The translations under genes were made by a program, and so were the position numbers. The notes beneath the pieces are model-generated. The model had not been told where the DNA came from. It searched no databases and saw only the letters and a list, made by a program, of their open reading frames with translations. From Patescibacteria group bacterium (GTDB lineage: Bacteria > Patescibacteriota > Doudnabacteria > UBA920), in assembly GCA_023484515.1 (NCBI GenBank), contig JAMDAY010000007.1:50179-114178 (forward strand): a DNA stretch of 64,000 nucleotides, written 5' to 3'. Positions 49,298-59,219 of this stretch are shown here, one piece after another; position 1 is the first letter of the stretch, and every line of letters starts with the position of its first letter.

Positions 49298-49576
49298 ATG
49301 GGACAAGAAGACATAAAATCGTTATTTGAAGATAAATACGCCGAAACTTTAGGCTTATCTTACCAGTCCTGGCAGGCTAAGGCGCCGCAGACCGAAGAGC
49401 AGGCTTATGCCCGATGTATTGAGATCGATCGCGAGCTCAACCGGACCTATGACGAGTGGTTTGAAGCCAGAGGGGATAGGAAGGACGAATTGCAGGACTA
49501 CCGCGACAAGCTTAAGGCCGAGTACGATCTGCTGGAAGAGATCTTCCATTTAGAACCTAACGACAGGGACTGGTAA
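49298..49576 (+). CDS. Small acidic helical protein
   Basis: 92-aa ORF ending 2 nt before the radical SAM gene. Confidence 0.7.
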   Translation: MGQEDIKSLFEDKYAETLGLSYQSWQAKAPQTEEQAYARCIEIDRELNRTYDEWFEARGDRKDELQDYRDKLKAEYDLLEEIFHLEPNDRDW

Positions 49577-49578
49577 AC

Positions 49579-50712
49579 ATGAACAACAAAATTGAAAATG
49601 CTTCTCCGGATGCAAAAAGAGAATTGGAAATACCCAAACTTATACTGGCAGGCATGCCAGACTACTTTATTGCACGGGAAGGAAAAGAGGCTTGGAAAGA
49701 TGACAGTCATCCAGTTTATTTAATGATGAATTTGGATACCAAATGCAGTTGCAATTGTATAAAGTGTGCTTTACATGGCCGTAAGCGCGAGCCGGGCCCT
49801 CCTTTGACTACTCAAGAACGGACAGCTTTTCTAGACCAAAATACAGCTACGCTAGGCTTAAAAGAACTAGTAATAATCGGTTACGGCGAACCGACCGAAG
49901 ATTTTGGCAAAGTAGAACCCCTCATTCGCGAAGCTCATAGCCAAGGCATGGGAACAGTAATCTTTTCAAACCTGGGATTCCTTACTAAAGAACAAGCCGA
50001 ATTTTTTAGAGACCATGAAGTTACATTAATTGTAAGCTTAGATGCGGTTGATGAAAATACCTATAACTTCCTGATTGATCCCAATAAAAGAAAGGGTATG
50101 GACCTTAATAAAGTCTTAAAAAATCTTGAATTATTAAAAGAAACATACAGACAAAATAATAAAACTATAAACGAGCAAAAAGTGGTTAGGCTGGGAATTA
50201 ACACCACTGTCTGTAAACAAAATGTTGATCATTTAGAAGAAATAAAGCAACTGGTTGGAAGAGATATGATGTACATAGCCAACCCTCCAATGCGTGAAGG
50301 CAATTTAACGCAAAAAGATCGGTGGAACATCTTAGTTGGAAATCAATATGATTATTTGGCCAAGAGAGCGGCTGAGGTTTCCCAAACAGGGGGTCACAGC
50401 TCTTTGGCCGAAGGTTCTTGCAGTTATTTTAATCGGGGACTTTCCGTAGATTCCGATGGAGAACTTTTAACTTGTGGTTATGCGGTAAATACTGCCCACT
50501 CCATTGGAAATATTAAAGATAACTTATCGCCGCAACAGTTAAAGAACATTTACCGGAAAAACCGTGAAGTCTTTGAAAAATACAGGCAGGAGACCGGAGA
50601 CGAGCAGGCGACTTGCCCATTAAGGAGTAAAAATTTTGAGGATTATTGCCGAAGAATAGCCTCGGCACATAGCAAAAGGCAAAAAGAAAATCCATTTAAT
50701 ATTTTAGAATAA
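49579..50712 (+). CDS. Radical SAM protein with SPASM/twitch-like domain
   Basis: CSCNCIKC, GYGEP, IVSLD, C...VDSDGELLTC...IGNI...CP. Confidence 0.85.
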   Translation: MNNKIENASPDAKRELEIPKLILAGMPDYFIAREGKEAWKDDSHPVYLMMNLDTKCSCNCIKCALHGRKREPGPPLTTQERTAFLDQNTATLGLKELVIIGYGEPTEDFGKVEPLIREAHSQGMGTVIFSNLGFLTKEQAEFFRDHEVTLIVSLDAVDENTYNFLIDPNKRKGMDLNKVLKNLELLKETYRQNNKTINEQKVVRLGINTTVCKQNVDHLEEIKQLVGRDMMYIANPPMREGNLTQKDRWNILVGNQYDYLAKRAAEVSQTGGHSSLAEGSCSYFNRGLSVDSDGELLTCGYAVNTAHSIGNIKDNLSPQQLKNIYRKNREVFEKYRQETGDEQATCPLRSKNFEDYCRRIASAHSKRQKENPFNILE

Positions 50713-50715
50713 TTT

Positions 50716-51492
50716 ATGCTTTACGTTGTCGCCACGCCCATTGGGAACTTAAAAGATATAACTTTGCGGGCCATTGAGACTTTAAAGGCCTGCGATTTTG
50801 TAATTGCGGAAAATCCGGGGTATAGCAGGAGGCTGTTGCAACACATCGCAAACACCAGTGTCATTGCGAGGCCGAATGCATCTGAGGCCGAAGCAATCTA
50901 TCCATCTGACAGTAAGATTGCTTCGCCGTCCGGCCAAAGCCCCGAACGGCTCGCAATGACATCTAAGAAAGAGATTGTCCAATTTGCGGAATTTAACGAA
51001 CAGCAGGTGGTCAAAGAATTGGCTAGACGATTAATAAAAGAAAACGGATGCCTTATCACCGACGCCGGCACGCCTGGCATTTCCGACCCCGGATTCAGGC
51101 TGGTGAGGGAATGTATAAAAAACAACATCGAGATTGTGCCAATCCCCGGCGCCAGCGCCGCAATTACCGCCTTGTCAGCAAGCGGTTTGCCCACGGACAG
51201 GTTTTTATTCCTGGGCTTTTTGCAAAAGACCGCGGCCAAAACCTTGAAAGCCTTAAAAGACGCCGAACAAGCTGAAGCCACGGCCATATTTTACGAATCC
51301 CCGGAAAGAATTTTCAAGACCATGAGTTACATTGCCAACGCCTTCCCGTCTTCCCAAGTCGTTATCGCGCGCGAACTAACCAAACTCCACGAAGAATTCA
51401 TCCGCGGCAGCGCGGGGGAAGTGCTGGAAAAGCTGAAAGAAAGAACCTCAATAAAAGGAGAATTTACAGTCCTTGTATCATTTAAAAATTAA
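50716..51492 (+). CDS. rsmI: 16S rRNA C1402 2'-O-methyltransferase with in-frame repeat insertion
   Basis: LYVVATPIGNL.DIT.RA, DAGTPGISDPG, YESP.R, RELTK.HEE. Confidence 0.95.
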   Translation: MLYVVATPIGNLKDITLRAIETLKACDFVIAENPGYSRRLLQHIANTSVIARPNASEAEAIYPSDSKIASPSGQSPERLAMTSKKEIVQFAEFNEQQVVKELARRLIKENGCLITDAGTPGISDPGFRLVRECIKNNIEIVPIPGASAAITALSASGLPTDRFLFLGFLQKTAAKTLKALKDAEQAEATAIFYESPERIFKTMSYIANAFPSSQVVIARELTKLHEEFIRGSAGEVLEKLKERTSIKGEFTVLVSFKN

Positions 51493-51515
51493 CAAATTCA
51501 CAAATTTACAAATTT

Positions 51516-51884
51516 ATGAAACCGGAGGATTTGCAAAAAAGGACCAAAAAATTTGCAATTAGGGTAATTAAATTCGCTCAATTTCTTGAAACGAAAGGAA
51601 TTGTTGGGGTAGTAATCGCAAAACAATTATTACGCGCAGCTACCTCGGTTGCGGCGAATTATCGAGCAGTTTGCCGAGCCAAATCTGGAAAAGATTTTGT
51701 TAATAAATTAGGGATAGTTGTTGAAGAGGCTGACGAAACGCAATTTTGGCTGGAATTAGCGGTAGAGTCAGGATTGGTGGAAACGAGTATGATTCAAGAC
51801 CTGCTTAAAGAAGCTACGGAGGTTACAGCCATCATGCAGGCATCAAAGTCGTCGGCTATTCGCAATCACGTAGGGAAAAAATAA
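51516..51884 (+). CDS. Four-helix-bundle protein (23S rRNA IVS protein/Avd-like family)
   Basis: RTKKFA...KQLLRAATSVAANY...KL.IV.EEADET.FWLEL. Confidence 0.92.
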   Translation: MKPEDLQKRTKKFAIRVIKFAQFLETKGIVGVVIAKQLLRAATSVAANYRAVCRAKSGKDFVNKLGIVVEEADETQFWLELAVESGLVETSMIQDLLKEATEVTAIMQASKSSAIRNHVGKK

Positions 51885-51923
51885 TTTGTTAATTTGTGAA
51901 TTATTAAATTTTATTTAATTTCT

Positions 51924-52637
51924 ATGTCTGGACATTCCAAATGGGCGCAAATTAAAAGAACTAAGGGCGTTTTGGACCAAAAGCGTGGGCTGCTGTTTTC
52001 CAAACTATCCAAAAAGATATCAATTGCAGTCAAAGAAGGGGGCAGCACTGACCCCGCGGCTAATTATAAATTAAAGGCCGCGATGGATTACGCCAAAGAC
52101 CAGGGCATGCCCAATGACAACATTGAACGCGCCATAAAAAATACGGCCAATGCCGGGGAAATTAAGGAAGTGGTTTACGAAGGCTACGGTCCTTTTGGCA
52201 CCGCGTTTTTGGTGGAAGCTGCCACGGACAGCCCTAACCGCACTACCAATAACATCAAGCATATTTTTTCCAAGCACAACGGCAACATGGGAGCGCAAGG
52301 CTCGGTTGCCTGGCAGTTCGTGACTAAGGGCCAAATTTTGGTGGAAAGGGAGCGGGAAGATTTGTCCGACCTTGAACTAGCCGCTATTGATGCCGGAGCC
52401 GAGGACGTGCGCGAATCCAAAGAAGGACTGGAAGTTTATACCTTGCCTTTGGATCTGCAAAAGGTCAAGGACATGCTAATAAAAGCCGGCGCCAAAGTGG
52501 CGCGAGCGGATATTATCAAGGAATCTTCGCAGGGCACGGACTTAACCGAAGATCAAAAACCGAAAGTGGACGCATTGTTTGCGGAACTGGAAAACGACGA
52601 GGATGTGATTGCAGTGCATACGTCGGCTAATTTATAG
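51924..52637 (+). CDS. yebC: YebC/PmpR-family protein
   Basis: MSGHSKWAQIK, YEGYGP, TD..NRT. Confidence 0.95.
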   Translation: MSGHSKWAQIKRTKGVLDQKRGLLFSKLSKKISIAVKEGGSTDPAANYKLKAAMDYAKDQGMPNDNIERAIKNTANAGEIKEVVYEGYGPFGTAFLVEAATDSPNRTTNNIKHIFSKHNGNMGAQGSVAWQFVTKGQILVEREREDLSDLELAAIDAGAEDVRESKEGLEVYTLPLDLQKVKDMLIKAGAKVARADIIKESSQGTDLTEDQKPKVDALFAELENDEDVIAVHTSANL

Positions 52638-52752
52638 TTAAAAATGTAAATATCAAAATTAAAAATGACAATGTAAAATATTAAAGTTGGTTTTCATTTT
52701 CATTTTTAACTTTACATCGTCATTTTACATTTTGATCTTTTCACTTTACCTT

Positions 52753-53253
52753 ATGTTAATCCTTGGCATAGACCCCGGAACCGCCACCACCGGCTACGGG
52801 ATAATTGAATCGACAAAAAATAAAAGCGAACATAGGCTCGCGGATTTCGGCGTAATTTCTACCGACAAAAAACTAAAAGACGCCGAGCGCTTGGAAATTC
52901 TGGCTAATGATTTAGACCAGATTATTAAAAAATACAGACCGGACGTTATTGGGATTGAAAAATTATTTTTGACCACCAACCAAAAAACCGTCATGACCGT
53001 GTCCCAGGCCCGCGGAGTGGCATTATTGACCGCGCAGCAGCATAAAATCCCCATTTTGGAATTTACCCCCCTGCAAGTGAAAAATTTCATTTGCGGCTAC
53101 GGCAAGGCCGAAAAAAAACAGGTGCAATACATTGTGCAAAAAACTTTCAAACTCAAAACCGCGCCCAAACCCGACGACGCCGCCGACGCCCTGGCCATTG
53201 CTTTATGCGCGGCGCATCATTTTAACAGAATTTTTAAACAAAATAAGATTTAA
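52753..53253 (+). CDS. ruvC: Holliday junction resolvase
   Basis: ILGIDPG, QARGV, GYGKAEK, DDAADALA. Confidence 0.96.
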   Translation: MLILGIDPGTATTGYGIIESTKNKSEHRLADFGVISTDKKLKDAERLEILANDLDQIIKKYRPDVIGIEKLFLTTNQKTVMTVSQARGVALLTAQQHKIPILEFTPLQVKNFICGYGKAEKKQVQYIVQKTFKLKTAPKPDDAADALAIALCAAHHFNRIFKQNKI

Positions 53254-53455
53254 TCTTAAAATCATCTCTAATCTAACAGCCTGCAAGCCAGCCATAAAAC
53301 CACGGGATTTCCACTATTGCCAAAACGCCATTTTTTTTAAAAAATGGCGTTTTGGCAACTGGACAAGAACAATATTCGTGATATACTAGGGCTAACCTTA
53401 AAACGCTCCCAAAAAACGGCTTAATTAAAAGCCTTGGGCAGCAAAGGAGAATAAT

Positions 53456-53557
53456 ATGGCAGACGAAGACACCCAAGTCCAAAGTGACGACGAAATGGTA
53501 GTGGACGATTTGGACGAAAATGACGGGGAAGAAGAAACCGAATCACCGGAACAATAA
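53456..53557 (+). CDS. 33-aa highly acidic microprotein (below ORF-track cutoff)
   Basis: MADEDTQVQSDDEMVVDDLDENDGEEETESPEQ; SD AAAGGAG; terminator 53560-53600. Confidence 0.65.
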   Translation: MADEDTQVQSDDEMVVDDLDENDGEEETESPEQ

Positions 53558-53599
53558 ATAAAAATACCCCAATTTGCTTTAAGCAAATTGGGGTATTTT

Positions 53600-54781
53600 T
53601 TACTTAACTTTTATAAACCTTCTTTTCCCGACCTGGATTAGATACTCGCTGCTGCCGTCAAGCGTCAAAACTTTTTCTTCCGAAGTTTCCCGGTTTATTT
53701 TAACCCCGTTTTGGGAAATAAGCCTTCGCGCCTCGGTCCTGCTGGCAGCAAGGCCCAATTGGACAACCAATTCCGAGAGAACATACCGGCCGGGCCTAAT
53801 TTGCTTAAGCGGAATATTTTGCGGCAGTTCGCCCTTGCTGAACTGGGAAATAAAGGCTTGCCTGGCTGCCTCTGCTTTCTTTCCGCCATGGTACAATTCC
53901 GTAATCCTAAAAGCTAAAGCCAATTTTTGGTCCCTGGGGTTGGGGTATTTTAAAATATCCTCAATTTCCTTAAGCGGCAACCTGGTGGCCAACACGAAAT
54001 ATTTTTTTATCAATTCATCGTTAATGGACATTACCTTGCCGAACATGTCATTAGGATCGTCCAAGATGTTAATGACATTCCCCCAGGAGGATGACATTTT
54101 CCGTCCGTCCGTGCCTTCCATTAAAGTCATGGTTAAAATGTCCTGCGGCTCCTGCCTGTAGTGCGGCTGAATAGTCCGCCCCGCCAGCAAGTTAAAACGC
54201 TGGTCGGTTCCGCCCAATTCCACGTCCGCTTTTACGGCCACGGAATCGTACCCTTGCATTAACGGATACAGCAGCTCCCGCAGGGACACGCGCTTGCCAA
54301 CTTTGAGCCTGCGCGCGATATTTTCCCGCGCCGACATCTCGTGCAGGCCGAACAGGTCGGCCATTTCCCCAATTTCCCTAAACCCCAATTTTTTCAGCCA
54401 AGAAGAATTGTAGTGCATTTCCGCTTTTTGGGGGTCAATAATTTTGGCGGCCTGCTTAAAATATGTTTTAATGTTTTGTCCAACCTGGGCTTCGGTCATC
54501 ATGGGCCGTTCCGCATCTTTGTCCGAGGTGTCCCCGATAATACCCGTAAAGTCGCCGACAATAAACACCACCCGGTGCCCCAATTCCTGGAAAGCGCGCA
54601 GTTTCCACAAAACTGCGGCGCGGCCAATATGGATATTCGGACTGGTCGGATCTATCCCCAGTTTTATCCTTAACTTCTTTTTCCCCCGCAACCTTGCTTC
54701 CAAATGTTTTTTGTCTATTACTTCCTCCACGCCGCGCCCGAGCAGATCGGCAATGGCCAGCTCCTTGTTAACATTGTCCAT
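53600..54781 (-). CDS. tyrS: Tyrosine--tRNA ligase
   Basis: GIDPT..IHIGR, YPLMQGYD, GGTDQ, KMSSS, C-terminal S4 domain. Confidence 0.96.
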   Translation of the reverse strand: MDNVNKELAIADLLGRGVEEVIDKKHLEARLRGKKKLRIKLGIDPTSPNIHIGRAAVLWKLRAFQELGHRVVFIVGDFTGIIGDTSDKDAERPMMTEAQVGQNIKTYFKQAAKIIDPQKAEMHYNSSWLKKLGFREIGEMADLFGLHEMSARENIARRLKVGKRVSLRELLYPLMQGYDSVAVKADVELGGTDQRFNLLAGRTIQPHYRQEPQDILTMTLMEGTDGRKMSSSWGNVINILDDPNDMFGKVMSINDELIKKYFVLATRLPLKEIEDILKYPNPRDQKLALAFRITELYHGGKKAEAARQAFISQFSKGELPQNIPLKQIRPGRYVLSELVVQLGLAASRTEARRLISQNGVKINRETSEEKVLTLDGSSEYLIQVGKRRFIKVK

Positions 54782-54888
54782 AATTTAAAAAGTTACCTTT
54801 TAAATCATTGTTCGTATCATATTATACCATTTCTTAGGGCTTTTGCGCCATCTTACCAAAATTCCGGAAAAAAGCTATAATAGATAAT

Positions 54889-57750
54889 ATGCGCGTATAC
54901 AGCTACCAAACCAAAGAGGCTCCGGCCGGCAAGAGCCGCGGGCCGAAAAAATTCAAAAACCGCTGGAAAAAAATTAACTGGAAAAAAGTCTTTACCTGGC
55001 TGTTCCGTCTGGCCGCTGCCGGGGTTTTTCTTGGCGCCCTGCTGTTCTTATACTACGCCAAAGACCTGCCCGACCCCAACAAACTACTGCAACGCGACGT
55101 GCCGGAGTCCACTAAAATTTTTGCCCGCGACAACAGCCTGCTCTACGAAGTCCACGGCGAAGTCAAGCGCACCCAGGTGAACTTGGACCAAATTTCCCCT
55201 TCCCTCAAAGACGCCACCATTGCCATAGAAGACAAAAATTTTTACAAACATAGCGGCATCTCTTTTACCGGCATTGTCCGAGCCGCTTTGGTGGACATTG
55301 TAACCGGCAGGAAGTCGCAGGGCGCAAGCACTATTACCCAGCAATTCGTCAAAAACGCCATCTTGACCAACCAAAAATCGTGGGACCGCAAAATCCGCGA
55401 GGCTATTTTAGCCATTGCCATAGACGCGCGGTTTTCCAAGGACAATATTTTAAAACTTTATTTGAACGAGATTCCTTACGGACGCAACGCTTATGGCATT
55501 GAGGCAGCGTCCCAATCTTATTTCGGCAAATCGGCCAAGGACCTGGATTTGGCCGAAAGCGCTTATTTGGCCGCCTTGCCCCAAGCCCCCACTTATTATA
55601 ATCCCTTGGGGCCCAACCGCGCCGCTTTGGATGCCAGGAAAAATCTAGTACTGGCGCAAATGAAAGAACAGGGTTATATTGACGAAACCCAGGAAAAACA
55701 GGCAAAAGAAGAACAGGTTGCTTTCCAGCCGATTAAGAGCACCATGCTGGCCCCGCATTTTGTGTTAATGGTCCAGGATTACCTGGCCAACAAGTACGGA
55801 GAAAAAACCTTGGAAGAAGGCGGCTTGAAAGTTTATACCACTTTAGACCCCAAGCTGCAGCAAATTGCCGAACAGGTAGTTAAGGACGATGTAAATAAAG
55901 AAAGTAAAAAATATAACGTCAATAACGCCGCCCTGGTTGCCATTGATCCCAAAACCGGACAAATTTTGGCCATGGTCGGCAGCAAGGACTACTTTGGGGA
56001 TTCCGAACCGGCAGGCTGCATTCCGGGAAAAACTTGCACATTTGAACCGATGTTCAATGCCGCGCTTTCCGAACGCCAGCCCGGAAGCAGTTTTAAGCCC
56101 TATGTTTACGCTACGGCTTTTGACTCCGACTTTAAATACAGCCCCGCCAGCATGCTCATTGACGTAACCACGGATTTCGGCACTTTCGGCGGCAAAGACT
56201 ATATTCCCCATAATTTCAATGGCTCTAGTTACGGGGCGGTCTCCATGCGCCAGGCCCTGGCTGGCAGCTTAAACGTGCCTGCGGTCAAAACTTTATCCTT
56301 GGTAGGCGTGGAAAACGCCGTCCAAACCGCGCACAATTTAGGAATTACCAGCCCCTTGCAAAATTGCGGCCTATCCTTGGTGCTAGGAGGCTGCGAAGTA
56401 AATTTGCTTGATCACGTGGCAGCTTATTCCACCATTGCCAACGGCGGCGTAAAAAACGAAAAAACTCCCATTTTAAAAGTAGAAGACAAGGACGGCAATA
56501 TTTTGGAACAATACCAAAACAACCCCAAACAAGTTTTAGACCCCCAGGCTGATTATGAATTAATAAATGTGATGTCTGACAACGACGCCCGAAGCTTTGT
56601 CTTCGGTTCCCATTCGCCTCTAATTTTGCCCGACCGAACCGTAGCCGCCAAAACCGGCACCACGCAGGACTTTAAAGACGGTTGGACAGTGGGTTTTACC
56701 CCTTCTTTAGCTGCCGGCGTATGGACCGGAAACAACAACGGCGATTTATTAAAGGCCGGAGCCGATGGCGTAGTGGTGGCAGCGCCAATCTGGCACGATT
56801 TTATGCAGCAAGCTTTAGCCGGCACTCCGGCTGAAACTTTCCCGGTTCCGGACGGTATTGAGCAAGTTACGGTTGACGCGGTTTCCGGACTTTTGCCTAC
56901 TGACCAAACTCCTTCCACAAAAACTGAAGTGTTTGCCAGCTATTCCGCGCCTGCGCAATATGACAATGTCCACGTTAAGGTGGCAATGGATTCCCAAACC
57001 GGCCTGCCTGCTACATCCTTAACCCCTCCCGGACAAATTACTTACCAAACCTATACGGTCTTCCACAGTGAAAGAAGGAATAATCCCAATTGGGAAAATC
57101 CGGTTATAGCATGGGCGCAAGCGCATGGCTATGCTTATCCTCCCAGTGAACTTGCTGATAATTCTAACGGGCAAGGCAACCCCAATCCCAACGGCCAAGG
57201 GCCGGAGCTGACCATTTTGGAACCTTCCGAAGGTTCTATTGTGTCACAATTGCCCTTACGCGTTTCGGTTTCAGCAGTCTCCGCCAATTTTATGTCCCGG
57301 GTGGATTTATACATGGACGGACAGTTTGTTCAAAGCATAAGCAGTGAGCCTTATGTCTTTAACCTGGACACTCCTTACCGGGACGGACAGCATACTATTG
57401 CCGTAAAAGGCGTTGACAGCGCCGGTACGGTTTCGGATACGAGCGTTAACGTAACCTATTCCTTAGCCACTCCCATCAGCATGGTCGAGCCTTCCGCCCA
57501 GACTCTGGCGTCTTTCCCTCTTACCCTAACCGCGGAAAGCGCCAATTCCTACGGCCAAATCAATTTTTATTATCAAAACAGCTCGGGCCTTTCAAAAGAA
57601 ATCGGTCCGGCTGACGAAATTAGCAGGTTAAACGGCAAATTCCAATACACTTTGGGATGGAACGGGCCGCTGCCTCGGGGAGATTACAAAATTTACGCAC
57701 AAACGGATACGGGAAAAATTACGCCAAAAATTAAGATATCAGTGCCATAA
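54889..57750 (+). CDS. Class A penicillin-binding protein with C-terminal Ig-like domain
   Basis: EDKNFYKHSG, GASTITQQ, SSFK, SLN, KTG. Confidence 0.95.
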   Translation: MRVYSYQTKEAPAGKSRGPKKFKNRWKKINWKKVFTWLFRLAAAGVFLGALLFLYYAKDLPDPNKLLQRDVPESTKIFARDNSLLYEVHGEVKRTQVNLDQISPSLKDATIAIEDKNFYKHSGISFTGIVRAALVDIVTGRKSQGASTITQQFVKNAILTNQKSWDRKIREAILAIAIDARFSKDNILKLYLNEIPYGRNAYGIEAASQSYFGKSAKDLDLAESAYLAALPQAPTYYNPLGPNRAALDARKNLVLAQMKEQGYIDETQEKQAKEEQVAFQPIKSTMLAPHFVLMVQDYLANKYGEKTLEEGGLKVYTTLDPKLQQIAEQVVKDDVNKESKKYNVNNAALVAIDPKTGQILAMVGSKDYFGDSEPAGCIPGKTCTFEPMFNAALSERQPGSSFKPYVYATAFDSDFKYSPASMLIDVTTDFGTFGGKDYIPHNFNGSSYGAVSMRQALAGSLNVPAVKTLSLVGVENAVQTAHNLGITSPLQNCGLSLVLGGCEVNLLDHVAAYSTIANGGVKNEKTPILKVEDKDGNILEQYQNNPKQVLDPQADYELINVMSDNDARSFVFGSHSPLILPDRTVAAKTGTTQDFKDGWTVGFTPSLAAGVWTGNNNGDLLKAGADGVVVAAPIWHDFMQQALAGTPAETFPVPDGIEQVTVDAVSGLLPTDQTPSTKTEVFASYSAPAQYDNVHVKVAMDSQTGLPATSLTPPGQITYQTYTVFHSERRNNPNWENPVIAWAQAHGYAYPPSELADNSNGQGNPNPNGQGPELTILEPSEGSIVSQLPLRVSVSAVSANFMSRVDLYMDGQFVQSISSEPYVFNLDTPYRDGQHTIAVKGVDSAGTVSDTSVNVTYSLATPISMVEPSAQTLASFPLTLTAESANSYGQINFYYQNSSGLSKEIGPADEISRLNGKFQYTLGWNGPLPRGDYKIYAQTDTGKITPKIKISVP

Positions 57751-57881
57751 AATTTTGGTGTCCAATAATCTATCGGATCCAGCGCATTGGATTGAATAAT
57801 CTTTCTCATCAGCCAGGCATAATCCGTCCAGCTTATTCCGCAAAAATCAAAAATTTATTTATAATTGAAATTTGCGTCCCA

Positions 57882-59141
57882 ATGCCTTACCTTCTTGCTC
57901 TCACCTTCCTCCTGACTCCCGCTTATGCCGTAAAATTCCAACTTTTGGGCTTTCCGACCAACCTTCTTATGGCCTGGGTGGTTTTGGTTTGGCTGACTTT
58001 TGCCATTTGGTTGATTGTAAAAAAACAGGTTTTACCGTTTTGGAGCTCCATAGCCATGTTTGATAAAAAATTGTTAGCGCTGGTTGGTTTGTTCTTCTTA
58101 GCGGGATTAGTTTCGTTATTCGCTCATGGCTTTGATCGCGCAAAGCTTGGCCAGTTTATTGTCTTATTCCTGCAGCCGATTTCCTTATTTTTTATTGGCC
58201 GATATTTAATTTCACAATTCCCTAAAACCCGTAACTTGTTAATAACTACATGTTATTTGTTGCTGGGCGCAATGGGCATATATGCCGTAATCCAATATTT
58301 TACGCTGGTCGGCCTGCCGCCAGCCTGGTGGGGCAACAGCGAAGAGCCAAAACGGGCCTTGGGATTTTTTGGCCACCCGAATTTTTACGCGTTATTTTCC
58401 ACCCCTCTACTTGCGTTCCTGATTCCTGATGTAGTTGCCCGATTTATCGGGCTCCCAAGCTCCATAAATGGAGCAACTACAAAATCCAGATGGATATTTA
58501 TTACGGCTTGGATTATTGGTGCCACCGGTTTGTTTCTCTCCCTCTCCCGCGCCGGCTGGCTAGGCCTTGGCATGGCAATTCTGGCTTATTTGATTTTTGC
58601 CGCAAATGCAAAAATCCGGCGCCTGGTTACCGTTATAGTTATTGTTATGGTAACTGTTGTTACTACCGTTTCCAACCTTCGCTATCGCGTTGTTTTGCCG
58701 TTTTATGGGGAAAAATCCGCAGTTTCGCGGCTGTCGCTTTGGGAAACAGGCTGGAAAGGTATTAAAGAATCGCCGCTTACCGGTTTGGGCTTAACCGGCT
58801 TTGCGCGACAGTGGCAGATATTAAACACCGATCCCGGCCTGGCCAGCGCTTCTCACAATTTCCCCCACAATATCTTTTTGGATTTATGGGTGGAAACGGG
58901 TCTGCTCGGGCTGATCAGTTTTGTCGGATTAATTTTTATCTACATCTATCGCGGCCTGCGCAATGCCAATCGCCAGCCTGCCTCGCCTGACGCGAGTCAA
59001 GGCAGGTCGTTAAACGTTAATTGTTACGGATTATCCGTTGCCCTTTTCCTCATCGCCTTAATATTCGCCGGCCTCGTGGACAACCCCTACTTCAAAAACG
59101 ATCTTGCCATGGTTTTCTGGTTAGTGCTTTCCCTGGTATGA
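57882..59141 (+). CDS. O-antigen ligase-family protein
   Basis: GFFGHPN, SLSRAGW, R..LW, PLTGLG, PHNIFL...ETG. Confidence 0.88.
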   Translation: MPYLLALTFLLTPAYAVKFQLLGFPTNLLMAWVVLVWLTFAIWLIVKKQVLPFWSSIAMFDKKLLALVGLFFLAGLVSLFAHGFDRAKLGQFIVLFLQPISLFFIGRYLISQFPKTRNLLITTCYLLLGAMGIYAVIQYFTLVGLPPAWWGNSEEPKRALGFFGHPNFYALFSTPLLAFLIPDVVARFIGLPSSINGATTKSRWIFITAWIIGATGLFLSLSRAGWLGLGMAILAYLIFAANAKIRRLVTVIVIVMVTVVTTVSNLRYRVVLPFYGEKSAVSRLSLWETGWKGIKESPLTGLGLTGFARQWQILNTDPGLASASHNFPHNIFLDLWVETGLLGLISFVGLIFIYIYRGLRNANRQPASPDASQGRSLNVNCYGLSVALFLIALIFAGLVDNPYFKNDLAMVFWLVLSLV

Positions 59142-59219
59142 ATATAGTTCACGGCCGTGAACTATATTCATACCAACAATCTGATAAAAAATCGGGACGG
59201 AAACGCAAGAGTGTCTGCG

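Noticed and set aside
51516-51884. Diversity-generating retroelement
   Set aside because: Avd-like fold only; no reverse transcriptase or template/variable repeat pair in the window
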